64,000 nt of DNA. Origin: Podarcis erhardii. Its lineage: Eukaryota. The notes beneath the pieces were generated by a model. It saw only the letters and a list, made by a program, of their open reading frames with translations. It had not been told where the DNA came from and did not search any database. A program made the position numbers and the translations under genes. Positions 62,201-64,000 of this stretch are shown here, in pieces (the first letter of the stretch is position 1; each line of letters opens with the position of its first letter). Location of the stretch: the NCBI GenBank assembly GCA_964252035.1, contig OZ176213.1, one strand, 5' to 3'.

Positions 62201-63705
62201 GGCAAACACTAACTTGGTGGGAAGTCTGGCACTGGTGTGCTCCAAAGTCTTACCCGGCTCTGAATGGTGGTAATCCTGCTACAAGCTGGTATACGATGCA
62301 GCCAAGAGCCCACAGATCCGAACTGCATCATCAAGACAGGCAAAAAGATGAGAAGGCAAAGCAGAAGAGTTAGCACTGTGGGCATATCCAATTTCACCAT
62401 CTCCTAGTTCAGGCACCCACAACAAAAGCATACAACATATTCCCTTTCAGGCAGAACTGCAAATTCCCCTGGAGTATCAGACTCTAATTTATTTGGAATG
62501 CCTGGTAAAGGCACCTTGAAGAAAAGGTGTTTATCCCTGGGCGTTTCCCAAGAATCTGCTGCAGAAGCTGCCACTGTGCACTTCCTGAACCAGATCTATG
62601 TATTTCCTCATCTTGGGTTAGGCTCCCACAGGAAGGATGGAAGCAGCAGAAGAGAGCCTTCAGCAAGGTCCCAATAGGACTGAGCGATATCAGCTTTTCA
62701 ACAACGCAGTGTATCGCAAGCCAAACATCGCAGTTTGGTGACATACTGCAATGCTGAAAAAACAAGATGCATTGTCCTCTCCCCGCAAAACACTGGGTGA
62801 AACTGCCCCAGCTCTCACCTCGAGTGCTGAGGCAGTTTCACCCAGACTCATGAGTTAGGACAATGCAACTTGTTTGCGCTGGGCTGGGGGCTCTTTTAAC
62901 TGCTCAACTAAGGAAAGGAACTCCTCAGCCGAGCAGTTGAAAGATGCATAGGGAGGAAACAGCTGTATCGGCGCCTCATCAATAGAGCTTGTTTTTCCCT
63001 CTCTGTTGTATGAGGGCTGAATTGGGACCTAGGCCTGGGTGATATATTGCCCGGGACTGGTATGAGGAGTAGACCACAATGTCGGCTTCACTCAGCGGTA
63101 TATCGCTGGTGAAACCACCACTGCTCCCGAGTCCCTCTGTTAGCAGTGCCTGCTGGAGGAAGGACCAGTCCTGAGCAATATATTGATATATCGCCCAGGC
63201 CTAGGTCCCAATACAGCCCTTTGAAGAAGATCCCAACCTGAATAGATGCTTAAAAAAATTAAAATAAAATAAATGGCCCACACAGAGCTTTCTAGTTCTC
63301 TGTCTTGTTTAATGTACAAACCAAGTAAAGTGGCAAGAGATTGCAGCAAGAAAACATGATGACAATGCTTAGAACGTCTTGTTTCATGTTTTGATGGTAT
63401 GTTATGTTAAATCCAAGTGCTAATGAACTATTCATGTTACAGAAAAATAGACAAAAGCAATCCTAAGAGCCATTGTAATGCTGTTTAAAATTTTCAGTGT
63501 TGATTATGCAGGAGGCACTGAGGCACAAGAATAGGGTATACCCTAATGGAAATAGGCCTCACCCATTTGCCTTGAAGATCTCTCCCTCAGTCATAAAACC
63601 CCTCTACAAAGGCAACGTATGTAACTCACCTTTTGCAGGCAGACTTCTCTGTTAACAGCTCTGGAGACACATACTGTGCTGTCCCAACAAAGGAGTTCGC
63701 CCGTG
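56279..63705 (-). CDS. PDPK1: 3-phosphoinositide-dependent protein kinase 1, 3' portion (kinase C-lobe and PH domain); 5'-partial
   Basis: Minus-strand exons 63705-63630 ([18 protein letters not shown], activation loop), 62322-62254, 62104-62008, 61124-60951, 58582-58359, 57919-57862, 57003-56851, 56386-56279 (TGA). Confidence 0.97.
58629..58699 (-). mobile_element. CR1-type 3' tail (5'-truncated CR1 or CR1-tailed SINE)
   Basis: ttagagttggaagggaccctgaggatcatctagtccaaccccctgcaat. Confidence 0.75.
59004..59160. mobile_element. Tc1/mariner (pogo/Tc2-like) MITE
   Basis: TIRs ctgtatttttctgtgtataagac / gtcttatacacggaaaaatatgg; TA on both flanks. Confidence 0.85.
59774..59994 (+). mobile_element. 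Young-looking CR1 LINE 3' end
   Basis: aaacattaggaagaacttcctgacagtaagagctgttcgacagtggaa...ttggactcgatggcccttgtggtctcttccagctctatgattctatgattc. Confidence 0.9.
63013..63220. mobile_element. Fold-back / hAT-like MITE in PDPK1 intron
   Basis: Core TIRs taggcctgggtgatatat (63030) / atatatcgcccaggccta (to 63203); inverted symmetry continues a further 17 bp outward. Confidence 0.75.
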
Positions 63706-64000
63706 CTGAAGAAACCAAGATACAAGTAAGCATTTAATCATTAAAAATGTTCTTACAAGGTCCTCATGAAGGCTTGGATGTGTTCACTTGGAAACAATGC
63801 TTTCATTTTTGTTGTGCAATTCAAATTTCATCAGCTTTTATTTAACTATATTTGTAGGCATCCAATATTACATAATGACTATTGTTTTTCAAACGCTCCC
63901 CGCCCCCTCAACACTAAGCATTACTAAGCAGCAATTCACCCCATGGGCACCCCACTATCACCTGATTTCAGCTGCCCCATTTTAGTGACCCCGCAGGTTT

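Overview
Eukaryotic genomic DNA from a squamate reptile, probably a lacertid lizard (inferred from the repeat families, not verified). The window holds six intron-containing housekeeping genes, whose exons I traced by hand via GT-AG junctions and reading frame: the last 13 exons of IQGAP1 (+); complete GNPTG (-) and TSR3 (+), head-to-head on a ~160-bp bidirectional promoter; complete UBE2I (-); complete KCTD5 (-); and the last 8 exons of PDPK1 (-). Introns and spacers carry many transposons: a SPIN hAT MITE, other hAT and Tc1/pogo-type MITEs, CR1, L2 and L1 fragments, tRNA-headed SINEs with CR1 tails, and a solo LTR nested in an L2. The most notable observations are: (1) the TSR3 stop codon and nearest poly(A) signal lie inside a palindromic repeat; (2) IQGAP1 (human 15q26) abuts a block of human 16p13.3 genes, with facing poly(A) signals; (3) two SINEs with different tRNA heads share one CR1 tail; (4) a promoter-complete solo LTR sits just upstream of KCTD5; (5) KCTD5 has a 23-codon poly-Ser tract. 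I found no convincing wholly new gene or system. All homolog comparisons are from memory of vertebrate proteins; no searches or alignments were run.
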